A stretch of 64,000 nt of DNA from positions 1,696,001-1,760,000 of the forward strand of contig OZ242274.1 in NCBI GenBank assembly GCA_965207375.1, in the 5' to 3' direction. The stretch comes from Nitrosopumilaceae archaeon. GTDB lineage: Archaea; Thermoproteota; Nitrososphaeria; Nitrososphaerales; Nitrosopumilaceae. Under the pieces are notes generated by a model, which was given only the letters and a program-made list of their open reading frames with translations, was not told the DNA's origin and made no database searches. The translations under genes and the position numbers were made by a program. This document shows, piece by piece, positions 40,892 through 50,831 of this stretch (the first letter of the stretch is position 1; each line of letters starts with the position of its first letter).

Positions 40892-43800
40892 ATGCAACAC
40901 CAAGTAAACGAGCAACAAAGAAATGCCATACAGAACATCGATGGACCATCTAGAATTGTTGCAGGTCCCGGCAGCGGCAAGACGTTTGTGATTGTAGAAA
41001 AGGTGCGCAAAATGGTAGAGAAAGGTACGCCAGAATCATCGATTCTGTGCATGACATTTACAAACAAGGCAGCCGAAGAGATGAGGCAAAGACTAGAAGG
41101 ATATGGCATACAAGACGCAAAGGTAAACACGTTTCATGCATTTGCAAAGGAGTTAATCGAGGATAACTTTACAGAGTCAGGAGTTACAAAATCAGCAAAA
41201 ATATTTAAAAAAATATCACAGATAATATGGTTCATAAAAAATACAGACAAGTTTGAAATTGATTCTGACCATCTAGACATGGGAGGAAGAAAACATCAGA
41301 TAGACATTTACGAACAGATGCTAGAGGCAATAGGTTCCTTTAAGGAATTAATAATACCATCACAGGATCTGCAAAGACACATCGATTCAAAGCTAAAACA
41401 CCTACAGGATGCAGACAATTCAGAGCAGCTAAAGCAATATCGGCTGCTAAATGAGTTCAACAAGGTGTATGCAGCATATGAAAAACACTGCAAGGAAAAG
41501 AATTTGATTGATTTTGATGACATGGTTGTAATTGCAGTCAAGATACTCAAAGACGAGGTCATCCTCAAAGACTACCTAAAACAGCTCCAGTACATTCTCG
41601 TAGACGAGTTTCAGGATAATAACTATTCACAGATGCAAATAGTCAAAGCGCTTGGTAGCAAGGCAAACGTCACAGTTGTAGGAGACGAGGATCAGAGCAT
41701 AATGAGATTTCAGGGTGCATATTCTGGAATATTTGAGGATTTTGAGGAGACTTGGCCTGATTTTAAAAAATTTGAGTTAAACCGTAACTATCGCAGTACA
41801 AAAAATATCGTAAATCTAGCAAATCAACTACTAAAGGACGTCAACTACAGAAAGGAAAAGAACCTACACTCAGACGAAGAAGACGGAGAGCAGGTACATG
41901 TGATTGAGAGTCCCACAGACAAAGGCGAGGTAGAGTTTGTAGTAAAAAAAATCCGCAGTTTGATTGGCTCGCATGTCAAAAGACGCAAAGATGATGACAG
42001 TCCTATATCATACAAAGATATTGCAATTCTGACTAGACGCAAGGCAGAGGGTCAAAAGTTTGCAAAATCGCTTCGCTCCTTTGGAATTCCTGCCACATTT
42101 TTAGGTGAATTTAACATGTTTACAAGCCCTGCAATACTAGACCTGCTTGCATACCTAAAGATAGCAGAATCACCAGAAACTGCAGGAATCGAGACATGTA
42201 GAATACTCAAAAATCACGGAATATCAGAGCAAAACATTTTGGTTCTTGCAAATGCAGCATATGAAAAAGCATCAAAATCCCACAGTAGCAGTGACTGTGT
42301 CCTAGAGACTGTCAGGAATTATCAAAAATATCCAATAACACAGCAGACTGAAATTGCAGAGATTGTATCACAGGTAGACAAAACAATGGAGCTTGTAGGT
42401 GCCACAGTAAGCGAGCTAGTCTACAAAACAATGTTTGACATATCTGGCCTGTACAAAAGACACATAGACTCAGAAAAACCACACGACAAGAGGAGCATAA
42501 TATTACTAAACAAGTTTTACGATCTTGCACAAGAGTTTCAAGATACGTATCCAGAAAAATCACTTTCAGAGTTTTTATCAGACATGGAAATCATAGGAGA
42601 CCTAGAAGTAGAGATGGACGATGTTGCAGTAGAAGAGTCAGTCAGCGTCCTGACAATGCATAAAAGCAAGGGAAAAGAGTTTCCAATAGTTTTTGTGGCA
42701 GACATGGTAGATGGAAAGTTTCCAACAAAGCTGAAAAAAACCCCATTTTCAGTACCGCCAGAAATGTCAAGGGAGCATGACAAGACAGAATACACCGAAG
42801 AGTCGCACATAGACGAGGAAAGACGTCTGCTGTATGTGGCGATAACTAGGGCGATGAACATGCTGTTTTTAATGTATCCAAAAAAACATACAGAAAATGT
42901 AAATGGAAAAAAACCATCAAGATTTCTAGATGAGTTAAACTATGAACAAAATCCTCTAATAACTACAATTGAGTTTGAAGAATCAGAAAACTTTGATTTA
43001 GAGTCAGAAGATGAAATCCAAAGAGAAAAGGACAGAATTCAAAAGGAGGCCATCAGGGCAATAAGTCAATCGCAGATGAAAAGTGCCATACACAGGATGG
43101 TGGAGCTTGGCAGGGTAGAACATTACGAAAAATACGGGAATTTTGAAGGTTTTGTACCAGAGAATGTGTTAAAGGTGGACACCTCAGATATAGACACGTC
43201 AATAAAATTTACAGGTAAAAAACAGACACTTGTTAACAAAGAAACTCTCACACTGTCACCTAGCAGCGTAAAGGCATATGAGGATTGTCCGCTAAAGTTC
43301 AAGTATCAAAAGATTATGCGCGTGCCTCAGCCTCCAAATACCGCATTTGAATTGGGATCTGTAATTCACAAGGTTGTAGAGGATATGGCACAAAAAAAGA
43401 CGAAACATGAAAAGGTGACAAAGGAGGAATGCATGAAAAAGCTGCAAGAATCATGGGAGACAAAAACATATCTGAACAGAACAGATGAGGGAAATGCAAA
43501 GTCGCGTGCAGAAAAGATGATAGATACATATCTAGAATGGGAAAACGGCACAAAGAATGTGCTTGTTGGAACCGAGATTGCATTTGAGGTAGAGATAGAA
43601 GGTGTCACGTTTAAGGGAAGAATTGACAGATTAGAGAAAAATCCAGATGGCAAGCTAGAGATAATTGATTTTAAATCCGGCAAAACTGTAAAAACCAAAA
43701 AAGAGGTAAAGACAGATCCCCAGCTAAACATATATGCAAAGGCAATAGAAAAGCTCAAAAATGAAACACCTGCAAAGGCAACATTGTTTTATGTAGAACA

Positions 43801-43975
43801 GGATACAAAACGAGAATATGACATAACCCAAGAATCATTAAAAGATGCCATGGCATTAATTAAAACAACAATAAATGAAATTCTTGATGAAAACTTTGAG
43901 CCTACTCCAAGCTTTCAGGCATGCATGTTTTGTCCGTACGGCGCAATATGCGATGTAAAGTTTCCAGGCACATGA
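40892..43975 (+). CDS. UvrD/REP SF1 helicase with C-terminal PD-(D/E)XK (RecB-like) nuclease, AdnA/B-like architecture
   Basis: AGPGSGKT, LVDEFQD, NYRS, HKSKGKEF, EERRLLYVAITRA; GRIDR..IIDFKSG and C..CPY..IC motifs. Confidence 0.93.
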   Translation: MQHQVNEQQRNAIQNIDGPSRIVAGPGSGKTFVIVEKVRKMVEKGTPESSILCMTFTNKAAEEMRQRLEGYGIQDAKVNTFHAFAKELIEDNFTESGVTKSAKIFKKISQIIWFIKNTDKFEIDSDHLDMGGRKHQIDIYEQMLEAIGSFKELIIPSQDLQRHIDSKLKHLQDADNSEQLKQYRLLNEFNKVYAAYEKHCKEKNLIDFDDMVVIAVKILKDEVILKDYLKQLQYILVDEFQDNNYSQMQIVKALGSKANVTVVGDEDQSIMRFQGAYSGIFEDFEETWPDFKKFELNRNYRSTKNIVNLANQLLKDVNYRKEKNLHSDEEDGEQVHVIESPTDKGEVEFVVKKIRSLIGSHVKRRKDDDSPISYKDIAILTRRKAEGQKFAKSLRSFGIPATFLGEFNMFTSPAILDLLAYLKIAESPETAGIETCRILKNHGISEQNILVLANAAYEKASKSHSSSDCVLETVRNYQKYPITQQTEIAEIVSQVDKTMELVGATVSELVYKTMFDISGLYKRHIDSEKPHDKRSIILLNKFYDLAQEFQDTYPEKSLSEFLSDMEIIGDLEVEMDDVAVEESVSVLTMHKSKGKEFPIVFVADMVDGKFPTKLKKTPFSVPPEMSREHDKTEYTEESHIDEERRLLYVAITRAMNMLFLMYPKKHTENVNGKKPSRFLDELNYEQNPLITTIEFEESENFDLESEDEIQREKDRIQKEAIRAISQSQMKSAIHRMVELGRVEHYEKYGNFEGFVPENVLKVDTSDIDTSIKFTGKKQTLVNKETLTLSPSSVKAYEDCPLKFKYQKIMRVPQPPNTAFELGSVIHKVVEDMAQKKTKHEKVTKEECMKKLQESWETKTYLNRTDEGNAKSRAEKMIDTYLEWENGTKNVLVGTEIAFEVEIEGVTFKGRIDRLEKNPDGKLEIIDFKSGKTVKTKKEVKTDPQLNIYAKAIEKLKNETPAKATLFYVEQDTKREYDITQESLKDAMALIKTTINEILDENFEPTPSFQACMFCPYGAICDVKFPGT

Positions 43976-44057
43976 GGCAGATAAAATCTACGTACACAAA
44001 ACAGTATTGCTAGGTAACAGATCGACTTAAGTTGTCTAGAAAATCGATCTATTGTTC

Positions 44058-44202
44058 TGAACACATGGTAACCACCCCGGCGCAGTACTAGTGGTGGATC
44101 GACCACTGATAATGTGTGGGCTATGCGCCCTGATAGATGTGTGCAGCTTCCGATCCGTCAACAAATCAGTAAGGAGGTGAAAAAAGGATGAAAACATACA
44201 TT
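44058..44202 (+). mobile_element. Relic 5' non-coding region and first codons of a second IS110/IS1111-type element
   Basis: ctgatagatg..tgcagctt.cg...aggaggtgaaaaaag matches 57713-57766; ATG 44188 MKTYI is cut by the MITE at 44203. Confidence 0.65.
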
Positions 44203-44284
44203 GTACTTGTTCACCACCTCATACCTAATTTTTCAATCATTATACCATCTGGACACAAATTGGTTCTATTATGTAAACAAGTAT
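44203..44284. mobile_element. IS66-derived MITE, second diverged copy
   Basis: Aligns to 17727-17808; right TIR gtaaacaagtat; no TSD. Confidence 0.85.
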
Positions 44285-44484
44285 CAAAAAAATAAAGATC
44301 TGCAAGATCAGGATATTTGTTATTCCCATGATTCTCAGCATTTGAATTATTTACTGCCGTTTTGATCCCACCGTTGTTTTTGTACAGTAAAAGATGTACA
44401 AAATATGACAAATACAAATAAAATATTATTTTCAATACTGATTATAATCATGACACTTTATGATCGGGATTTTGTGATGGGCCA

Positions 44485-45288
44485 ATGCGTATGAAACCTC
44501 GTAACAACAAACCAAACAAGACAGTACAGAATAATCCCAATCCGTTTTCAGTAAACGGTAAGCATTATGACAGAAACACAGACGAAGATGAACTTGAAAG
44601 GGTATTTGGCAAGATATTGCCGCTTGACAGCGTCAAAAGACGCAAGAAATTAAATGAAATACGAGAGATAATAAGAAACCTCAATTTTGAGGAGGGCGAG
44701 GATTCGATAATTGGATTTGAGCCAGGTGATCCGGAACTCAAAGTTCATAGGACATCCAGTATCAGCATAGATCATCTCAATGGAGTAAAATTTGCAGAGA
44801 AAGGAGATAACAAAAGAGCAGCATTATCATTTGAAAAAGAGATAACAAAAAATCCCAAAAATGCACAAGCACATTACAGTCTAGGTACGGTCATGCGAAG
44901 AATGGGAAAACGAGACAGGGCCCTAGAATGTTTCAAAATGTCCGTAATTGTAGATCCATATTTTGCTTTGGGACACCACGATATAGGATTAGAATTTACA
45001 AATCTTGGTAACCTAGATCAAGCCATGTGGCACATGGACCAGGCTTTGAAATTAAATCCAGATTTGAGCCTAGCAATATTTGGCAAGGGCGTTATTTTAT
45101 CACAATACAAAAAATACAAAGAAGCAATTATTTACTTTGATCGTGCCCTACAATATGATCCAAATGAGCCAATAATCTATGAACACAAGTCAACTGCATT
45201 AATGATGCTAGGCAAGATAGACGAATCAATGAAGTGTCTAGATCAATTAGAAAAGATTGATCCCAATAACGAGTTACTGCACTGGTAA
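44485..45288 (+). CDS. TPR repeat protein
   Basis: Several 34-aa TPR units, e.g. AHYSLGTV...ALECFKMSVIVDP. Confidence 0.9.
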   Translation: MRMKPRNNKPNKTVQNNPNPFSVNGKHYDRNTDEDELERVFGKILPLDSVKRRKKLNEIREIIRNLNFEEGEDSIIGFEPGDPELKVHRTSSISIDHLNGVKFAEKGDNKRAALSFEKEITKNPKNAQAHYSLGTVMRRMGKRDRALECFKMSVIVDPYFALGHHDIGLEFTNLGNLDQAMWHMDQALKLNPDLSLAIFGKGVILSQYKKYKEAIIYFDRALQYDPNEPIIYEHKSTALMMLGKIDESMKCLDQLEKIDPNNELLHW

Positions 45289-45351
45289 AACAACAGGTCA
45301 CCTCTAGACATGCATCGCCAATCTTAAAACTAGGTCTGAAAAAAACCATAT

Positions 45352-45849
45352 ATGGAAGACACAACAGACTCACAAGTTCTAAACTATTTTGAAACAGTAA
45401 TGAAAAACTTTGTCATGTACAAGTTATCACATACAGATGACTGGATTAAAAGATGTATTCCTCCAGAAATAAGAGACGAGATGAATAAACGTCATGACAG
45501 AGCAAAAAAAATAAACAATGTACTAAACAAGCCAAGCTATGGCATTATAGAGTACATCAACTTTGATGGATATGAACGCATAATATCACGAAAGGACAAC
45601 TGGGGTCAATATTTTGAAAAAGTATTTTTGGACAAAACAGTATTTACATACAAGATGAATGTATTGTTGTCACTTAGAAATGACATAAGACATGGAAGGC
45701 AGCTAAACAACATCAATAGGATTCGCCTCAGGCTGCACTGTTACGACATACTAGCACAGATTCATGAATCAGGAATGCCAGATTCTGAGGATAATGACAC
45801 AATTATGAACAAACTCGGACTAGCAAATATAGCTACAGATGACAGATAA
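45352..45849 (+). CDS. Stand-alone Swt1-like HEPN domain protein
   Basis: FET.MKNFV..KL....DW, EYINFDGYERII..KDNW..YFEKVF, and LRNDIRH (RX4H) motif. Confidence 0.8.
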   Translation: MEDTTDSQVLNYFETVMKNFVMYKLSHTDDWIKRCIPPEIRDEMNKRHDRAKKINNVLNKPSYGIIEYINFDGYERIISRKDNWGQYFEKVFLDKTVFTYKMNVLLSLRNDIRHGRQLNNINRIRLRLHCYDILAQIHESGMPDSEDNDTIMNKLGLANIATDDR

Positions 45850-45943
45850 CTGTCTTAACAGACCCACACAGTATTTACAATTATATCAATGCAATTATAG
45901 TAAAATAAAATCAATCATTCTATGTTAGACGAAATGTAATAGT

Positions 45944-46759
45944 TTAAAGTTTTGATTTTGAATTGACAATATCTAGCATCTTCGAAGCTGCCTGACGTAC
46001 CTCGTCCTTGGGACGGTTAAGAGATATCAGGCATTCTACAAAAAAGCCCCAAGTCACCAAGCTTTGATTATTGCATTTTAATGATTGTTCAAATGCTTCT
46101 AGTGCCTCGTTGTGTCTAGCATAATACTTTAAAACAATTCCCTTAAACAGCGGAATTAAAGAATCATATGGATCTAGTTTTATCGCACAGTCTGCACACT
46201 CTAAGGATTTTTCAGGTCTTTCCAACACCACATAATATGGACATAGGTATAAGAGAGCATAAACGTCATCTAACCCATACTGCATGAGACTATCACATAG
46301 ATCTAGTGCATTGCTGTGTTGCCCCACTACCAAATATGCATATGCGAGTTTGAACATAAAGTACGGATTGTGCCGATAGTCAAGCAATAACGATTCATAA
46401 ATCTTGACTGCCTGATCAAAGTTATCTAATTCAAGGAGACAAAAGCCAACATAATCCCATGTGTCATCAATTAAAAAACGAGATACAGATCTATCAGAAT
46501 TTAGGATTTTATCAAATTCCTTGATGGCATCAGTAAATCGCCCTTTATTGATTAGAGATATTCCATGATCATGAATATTCCACAAGTTTGAATCAGAATC
46601 ATCATAGTTACGATCAATAACATCGTGTCGCTCATTTAGAATCATATCGCGCATAAAACCGAACATGTCATCACGAGTTAATCTCCTAGTGAAGAGATCA
46701 TCAATATTTGCATCTAGTGATTTAAACACGTACACAATATACACATACAACATATACAA
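45944..46759 (-). CDS. TPR repeat protein
   Basis: TPR-like helical repeats; start uncertain. Confidence 0.8.
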   Translation of the reverse strand: MYMLYVYIVYVFKSLDANIDDLFTRRLTRDDMFGFMRDMILNERHDVIDRNYDDSDSNLWNIHDHGISLINKGRFTDAIKEFDKILNSDRSVSRFLIDDTWDYVGFCLLELDNFDQAVKIYESLLLDYRHNPYFMFKLAYAYLVVGQHSNALDLCDSLMQYGLDDVYALLYLCPYYVVLERPEKSLECADCAIKLDPYDSLIPLFKGIVLKYYARHNEALEAFEQSLKCNNQSLVTWGFFVECLISLNRPKDEVRQAASKMLDIVNSKSKL

Positions 46760-46908
46760 GAATCACTCTAAAAAAAGATACAATGTTATGAATTTTTTTC
46801 AACCACTCTCAAAAATTTCCCACATCCTGATTCAGATTAACATATAGATTTGGCACATCAAATTTGGGTGTAAAATTTCATGATTTTGATATTTTTGCAC
46901 ATGACCTG

Positions 46909-47115
46909 TTACAAATTCATCGTATAGAAAGCCGTCTCAGGAAATATCATCTGGATTACAACTGCAATTACACTAAGTGCCAGTCCTAAAAACAAACAGT
47001 TTCTTGCCTTTTGTGGATCATCATGTCGCAAAACAAAGTACGCAATGATACCACCTATGACATTTAAAAATATGGGCAACAAAAACCACCAGTTACTACG
47101 CTGAGCTGACTGCAT
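46909..47115 (-). CDS. Small conserved membrane protein
   Basis: RSNWWFLLPIFLNVIGGIIAYFVLRHDDPQKARNCL. Confidence 0.8.
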   Translation of the reverse strand: MQSAQRSNWWFLLPIFLNVIGGIIAYFVLRHDDPQKARNCLFLGLALSVIAVVIQMIFPETAFYTMNL

Positions 47116-47310
47116 ATTGAACTAGGTACAGAAAGTGCTTATTCCTTTTTTTGTGTATTATTTTTGACTCTTAATTTGATTCAAATCACATGAATTTGCC
47201 AATAGATTTTCAGATATGACAGTTACACGCCTAGCACATGTCAAAAATAACCTAGTTTACATCTAATTCAGGCACAAAACATTTAAAAAAATCTAGATCA
47301 TTATTTACAT

Positions 47311-47336
47311 TGTTTCTAAACTCGAATTTAGAAACA
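47311..47336. promoter_or_regulatory. Palindromic operator-like site
   Basis: tgtttctaaactcgaatttagaaaca, one mismatch from a perfect palindrome. Confidence 0.6.
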
Positions 47337-47452
47337 TCAAAACAGCACAACATGAATCAGATCCCCATTTGCACACGAAGATGTTTTTAATTTATCGTAC
47401 AGGCATCAAATAGAACCTGAGATTAATAAATAAGATAAACATGGTATAAAAA

Positions 47453-48094
47453 ATGAAATATGGAACATGCGTTAAATGCAAGGCTAGAATAACAAAACCT
47501 ACAGCATTAGAGCATCTGCAAAATTGTATACCATTGAATCCCCCAGATACACCACAGAAAAGTTTTGTTTTGCGAATAAATGACAGAGACGTATACAGGT
47601 ATTGGATGTATGTAAAAATATCAGGATCATCTACTCTGTTTGATTTAGATTCCTTTTTGAGAGACCAATGGTTAGAATGTTGCGAACACTTGAGCATGTT
47701 TGATATAAATGAGATCAAATACGAGGATATTGCAAAGTTGGAATGCAATGACTTGGGCAGTGAAGATGTCAAAATAGCAGTAGAAAAGATCCTATACAAA
47801 GGACTAAATTTCAAACATGTCTATGATTTTGGAAACAGTACCACATTAGGATTACAAGTAGTTGGCGAGTATCAGGATGATGCATCTGCCAAAAAACAAA
47901 TCAAACTCTTGGTTAAAAACAACCCGACACGTCACAGATGCAAAATATGTAAAAAAGATGCAGAACTCATATGCAGGGATTGTTATGAAGGAGGATCATC
48001 ATACTTTTGCGAACCCTGTGGTGAAAAACACGAATATCACGAATTACTTTCGGTGGCCAACTCACCTAGGGCAGGCGTGTGCGGATATGGATAA
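47453..48094 (+). CDS. Plasmid pRiA4b ORF3-like (IS1096 passenger TnpR-like) protein with Zn fingers
   Basis: STLFDLDSFLRDQWLECCEHLSMF, HVYDFG and NSPRAGVCGY motifs. Confidence 0.85.
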   Translation: MKYGTCVKCKARITKPTALEHLQNCIPLNPPDTPQKSFVLRINDRDVYRYWMYVKISGSSTLFDLDSFLRDQWLECCEHLSMFDINEIKYEDIAKLECNDLGSEDVKIAVEKILYKGLNFKHVYDFGNSTTLGLQVVGEYQDDASAKKQIKLLVKNNPTRHRCKICKKDAELICRDCYEGGSSYFCEPCGEKHEYHELLSVANSPRAGVCGYG

Positions 48095-48124
48095 AATTTA
48101 CAATGTCACAGAGGATAACAAAAT

Positions 48125-48154
48125 AATATTTCTAAATTCGAATTTAGAAATATT
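48125..48154. promoter_or_regulatory. Perfect 30-bp palindrome, operator-like
   Basis: aatatttctaaattcgaatttagaaatatt. Confidence 0.65.
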
Positions 48155-48318
48155 CTTATAGCATACAAGTGTTTTTTAAACAATGCAATATTTCAAATAA
48201 TATAGGTTCAAACAGGCACTCAATAAAAAAAAGTTAATCAAAATTATCATATAAAAAATCAAACACAAATGATCGCAAAAGAACATATCAAAATAAAAAC
48301 AACTAGTGAATAGTATTA

Positions 48319-49389
48319 TTGTTGAGACATCCAGTAATAACTGAGGATAATTTTTTGCAGCTTCTTTGGGAGTATACCGATCAGATGTACGGTCATCAGA
48401 TAGAAGAATCATACGACATATGTCCATATGATCTAGATTTTGCTGATGAAGAGTTTGTGTACAAGCAAGTATGTACATGGTTTATGTTTGAAAGAAAAGA
48501 CAGATACGGACAGACAGTAGTGGATGAATTTGTAGATAAATTTGTAAGTAATCAGTACCTACGGGCAAAGATCCTACAAACAAAGAACCTCACCTATGAC
48601 ACATTTTACATAGAAAAATCAATAGATGCAGATGGCATAATTCAAGCAAGATCCGAATCGAACGGAAAAGTATTTCGAATCAAGATCATGTCAGGAGGTA
48701 GCATTTATGTAAAAGGCAAAATACTTTCAGGCAGAATATACCCATGGGATGAAGATGGTACATATCGTGCCAATGGAATACTCAAGATTACAAATCCACA
48801 TGACGAAATTCTTGACAAGTTGGATTTTGATCCAAGAGAATGGGAAAAAATATATCAAGAAGAAATAGAATCTGTTGCTGTTACCGTTAAATCAATGTCA
48901 CATACATTGTTGAATAAATTGCCAGCAGTCTGGATATATGACATCTGTGATGCTTTGGGCATACATAATGTACACCTCAAAAAAGACAAGATATTTGCCA
49001 TTTCTAAAAAGCTCACATCCAAAGACGAACTCAACAGAGTCATAGATGGCCTCCCAAAGAAGGAAAAAAGTGCACTTGAGTTTATTCTCAAAAAAAGTGG
49101 CGTTGTAAAACATGCTGAACTTTGTAGACAGATTGGGCCAGATGATACAAAACTATACTGGGATGGAAAATCCTTATCGACAATAGCAAATCTCCGACGA
49201 CGTGGGCTACTAATAGTGGGCAAAATGTTAATCAATAATACAAGATACAAGGTGGCAATCATACCTGTAGACATATTCTATACCATCCACACCACAAAAG
49301 AGATACAAAATATATTAAAATCAGGCAATGCAGAAAAAGTTCCCCCCAATAAATTCAAAATAATTCAAAACAGTAACAGAGTGATGTGA
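48319..49389 (+). CDS. Hypothetical protein, paralog A
   Basis: 356 aa; shares CPYDLDF, W.MFERKD, IYPW and YKVAIIP.DI with 49609-50673. Confidence 0.8.
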   Translation: MLRHPVITEDNFLQLLWEYTDQMYGHQIEESYDICPYDLDFADEEFVYKQVCTWFMFERKDRYGQTVVDEFVDKFVSNQYLRAKILQTKNLTYDTFYIEKSIDADGIIQARSESNGKVFRIKIMSGGSIYVKGKILSGRIYPWDEDGTYRANGILKITNPHDEILDKLDFDPREWEKIYQEEIESVAVTVKSMSHTLLNKLPAVWIYDICDALGIHNVHLKKDKIFAISKKLTSKDELNRVIDGLPKKEKSALEFILKKSGVVKHAELCRQIGPDDTKLYWDGKSLSTIANLRRRGLLIVGKMLINNTRYKVAIIPVDIFYTIHTTKEIQNILKSGNAEKVPPNKFKIIQNSNRVM

Positions 49390-49608
49390 CAGTCTCAAGG
49401 TCAGTAATTTAGAGATAAACGATATTTAAATAAATTCATAAATTTTGAATTGTTCGTATCACAAAAACAGCTAAACCAAATGTGTGCAAAATAGGCCAAA
49501 ATCTAACCCAAAAAAGCAAAGAGAACAACAGGGACAGGCTAAGAATTTGGATCACATTTCACTTAGCTGAAAAAAGCATTAAAAATAAAAGTTAGTCTGT
49601 AGACATGT

Positions 49609-50673
49609 TTGTTGAAGATGTCTCAAGTTACAGAAGATAATTTTCATAGTCTGTTTTGGAGATATGTTACTACAACGTATAATCAACAAATATACAACTA
49701 TCATAATGCGTGTCCATATGATCTAGATTTTGATGATGAGAAATTAATACACATACAGGTAATGACGTGGTACATGTTTGAAAGAAAAGACGAGTACGGA
49801 AAGACAATAGTTGACGAATTTGTAGATATGTTTGTAGACGATCAGCGTCTACGGGCAAAGATACTTCAGGCAAAGAATCTTTTCTACGATGACTTTATCA
49901 TACAAAGATCAGCAGATGAACACGGTATAATCCAGGCAAGATCTAAAACTAGTAATAAAGTATTTCAAATCGAGGCAAGAGACAATTACGAAAATTTTGC
50001 AAAATGGGTAGAGTTTTCAGGGTTCATATATCCATGGCATGATGACGGGACACATCAGATGACTGGAATTATCACCATGGATTATCAACTGCACAATAAA
50101 CTAGCAGCACTAAGTCCTGCAACAATTGAAAAAAAATTGCAAGACGAGATGGAATCTGAAGTTGTCACCATCAAATCAAGATTACCCACACTGCTCAAGA
50201 GGATGCCAGCAAACTGGATAAACGGAATCAGCGTTACCTTAGATATAGTCAATGCAGATGTAAAAAAAGCAAAGATAAAAGCCATCATCAACAAACTCAC
50301 ATCAGAGGGCAGTCTAACAGACATAATATCAGGTCTGCCAGAGGATGAAAAAGTTGCATTCCAGTTTGTCCTCAAAAAAGGAGGTTTTGTAAAGTATGCA
50401 GATTTTTGCAGACGAACAGAATCTGATGATACAGTGAGGCTTTGGGACAAAAAACACTCCTCAATAGTAACAAATCTAAGGCGACTAGGACTGATAATAG
50501 TAGGTAAAATGATGATGAATAATAGAAGATACAAGGTGGCAATCATACCTGCAGATATAGTCCATACCGTCCACACCACAAAAGCAATACAAAATATACT
50601 AAAAACAATCAATGTAGAAAAGTATACACCTAACACCTTCAGAATAGTCCCAAATCATGACGGAGTAATGTAA
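49609..50673 (+). CDS. Hypothetical protein, paralog B
   Basis: 354 aa, full-length paralog of 48319-49389. Confidence 0.8.
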   Translation: MLKMSQVTEDNFHSLFWRYVTTTYNQQIYNYHNACPYDLDFDDEKLIHIQVMTWYMFERKDEYGKTIVDEFVDMFVDDQRLRAKILQAKNLFYDDFIIQRSADEHGIIQARSKTSNKVFQIEARDNYENFAKWVEFSGFIYPWHDDGTHQMTGIITMDYQLHNKLAALSPATIEKKLQDEMESEVVTIKSRLPTLLKRMPANWINGISVTLDIVNADVKKAKIKAIINKLTSEGSLTDIISGLPEDEKVAFQFVLKKGGFVKYADFCRRTESDDTVRLWDKKHSSIVTNLRRLGLIIVGKMMMNNRRYKVAIIPADIVHTVHTTKAIQNILKTINVEKYTPNTFRIVPNHDGVM

Positions 50674-50736
50674 TTATCCTAGACCAATAATTTCAGACAC
50701 AGACAATACGTAAGAAAGATAAAATCGAGTTTAAAA

Positions 50737-50820
50737 TATATAAAGAAACTCTCAGTGAGATAAAAATACTATATAAAGAAACTCTCAGTGAGATGAAAAT
50801 ACTATATAAAGAAACTCTCA
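50737..50820 (+). repeat. 33-bp tandem repeat (about 2.5 units) containing a TATA box
   Basis: tatataaagaaactctcagtgagat(a/g)aaaatac units start at 50737, 50770, 50803. Confidence 0.9.
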
Positions 50821-50831
50821 CAATCATAAAC

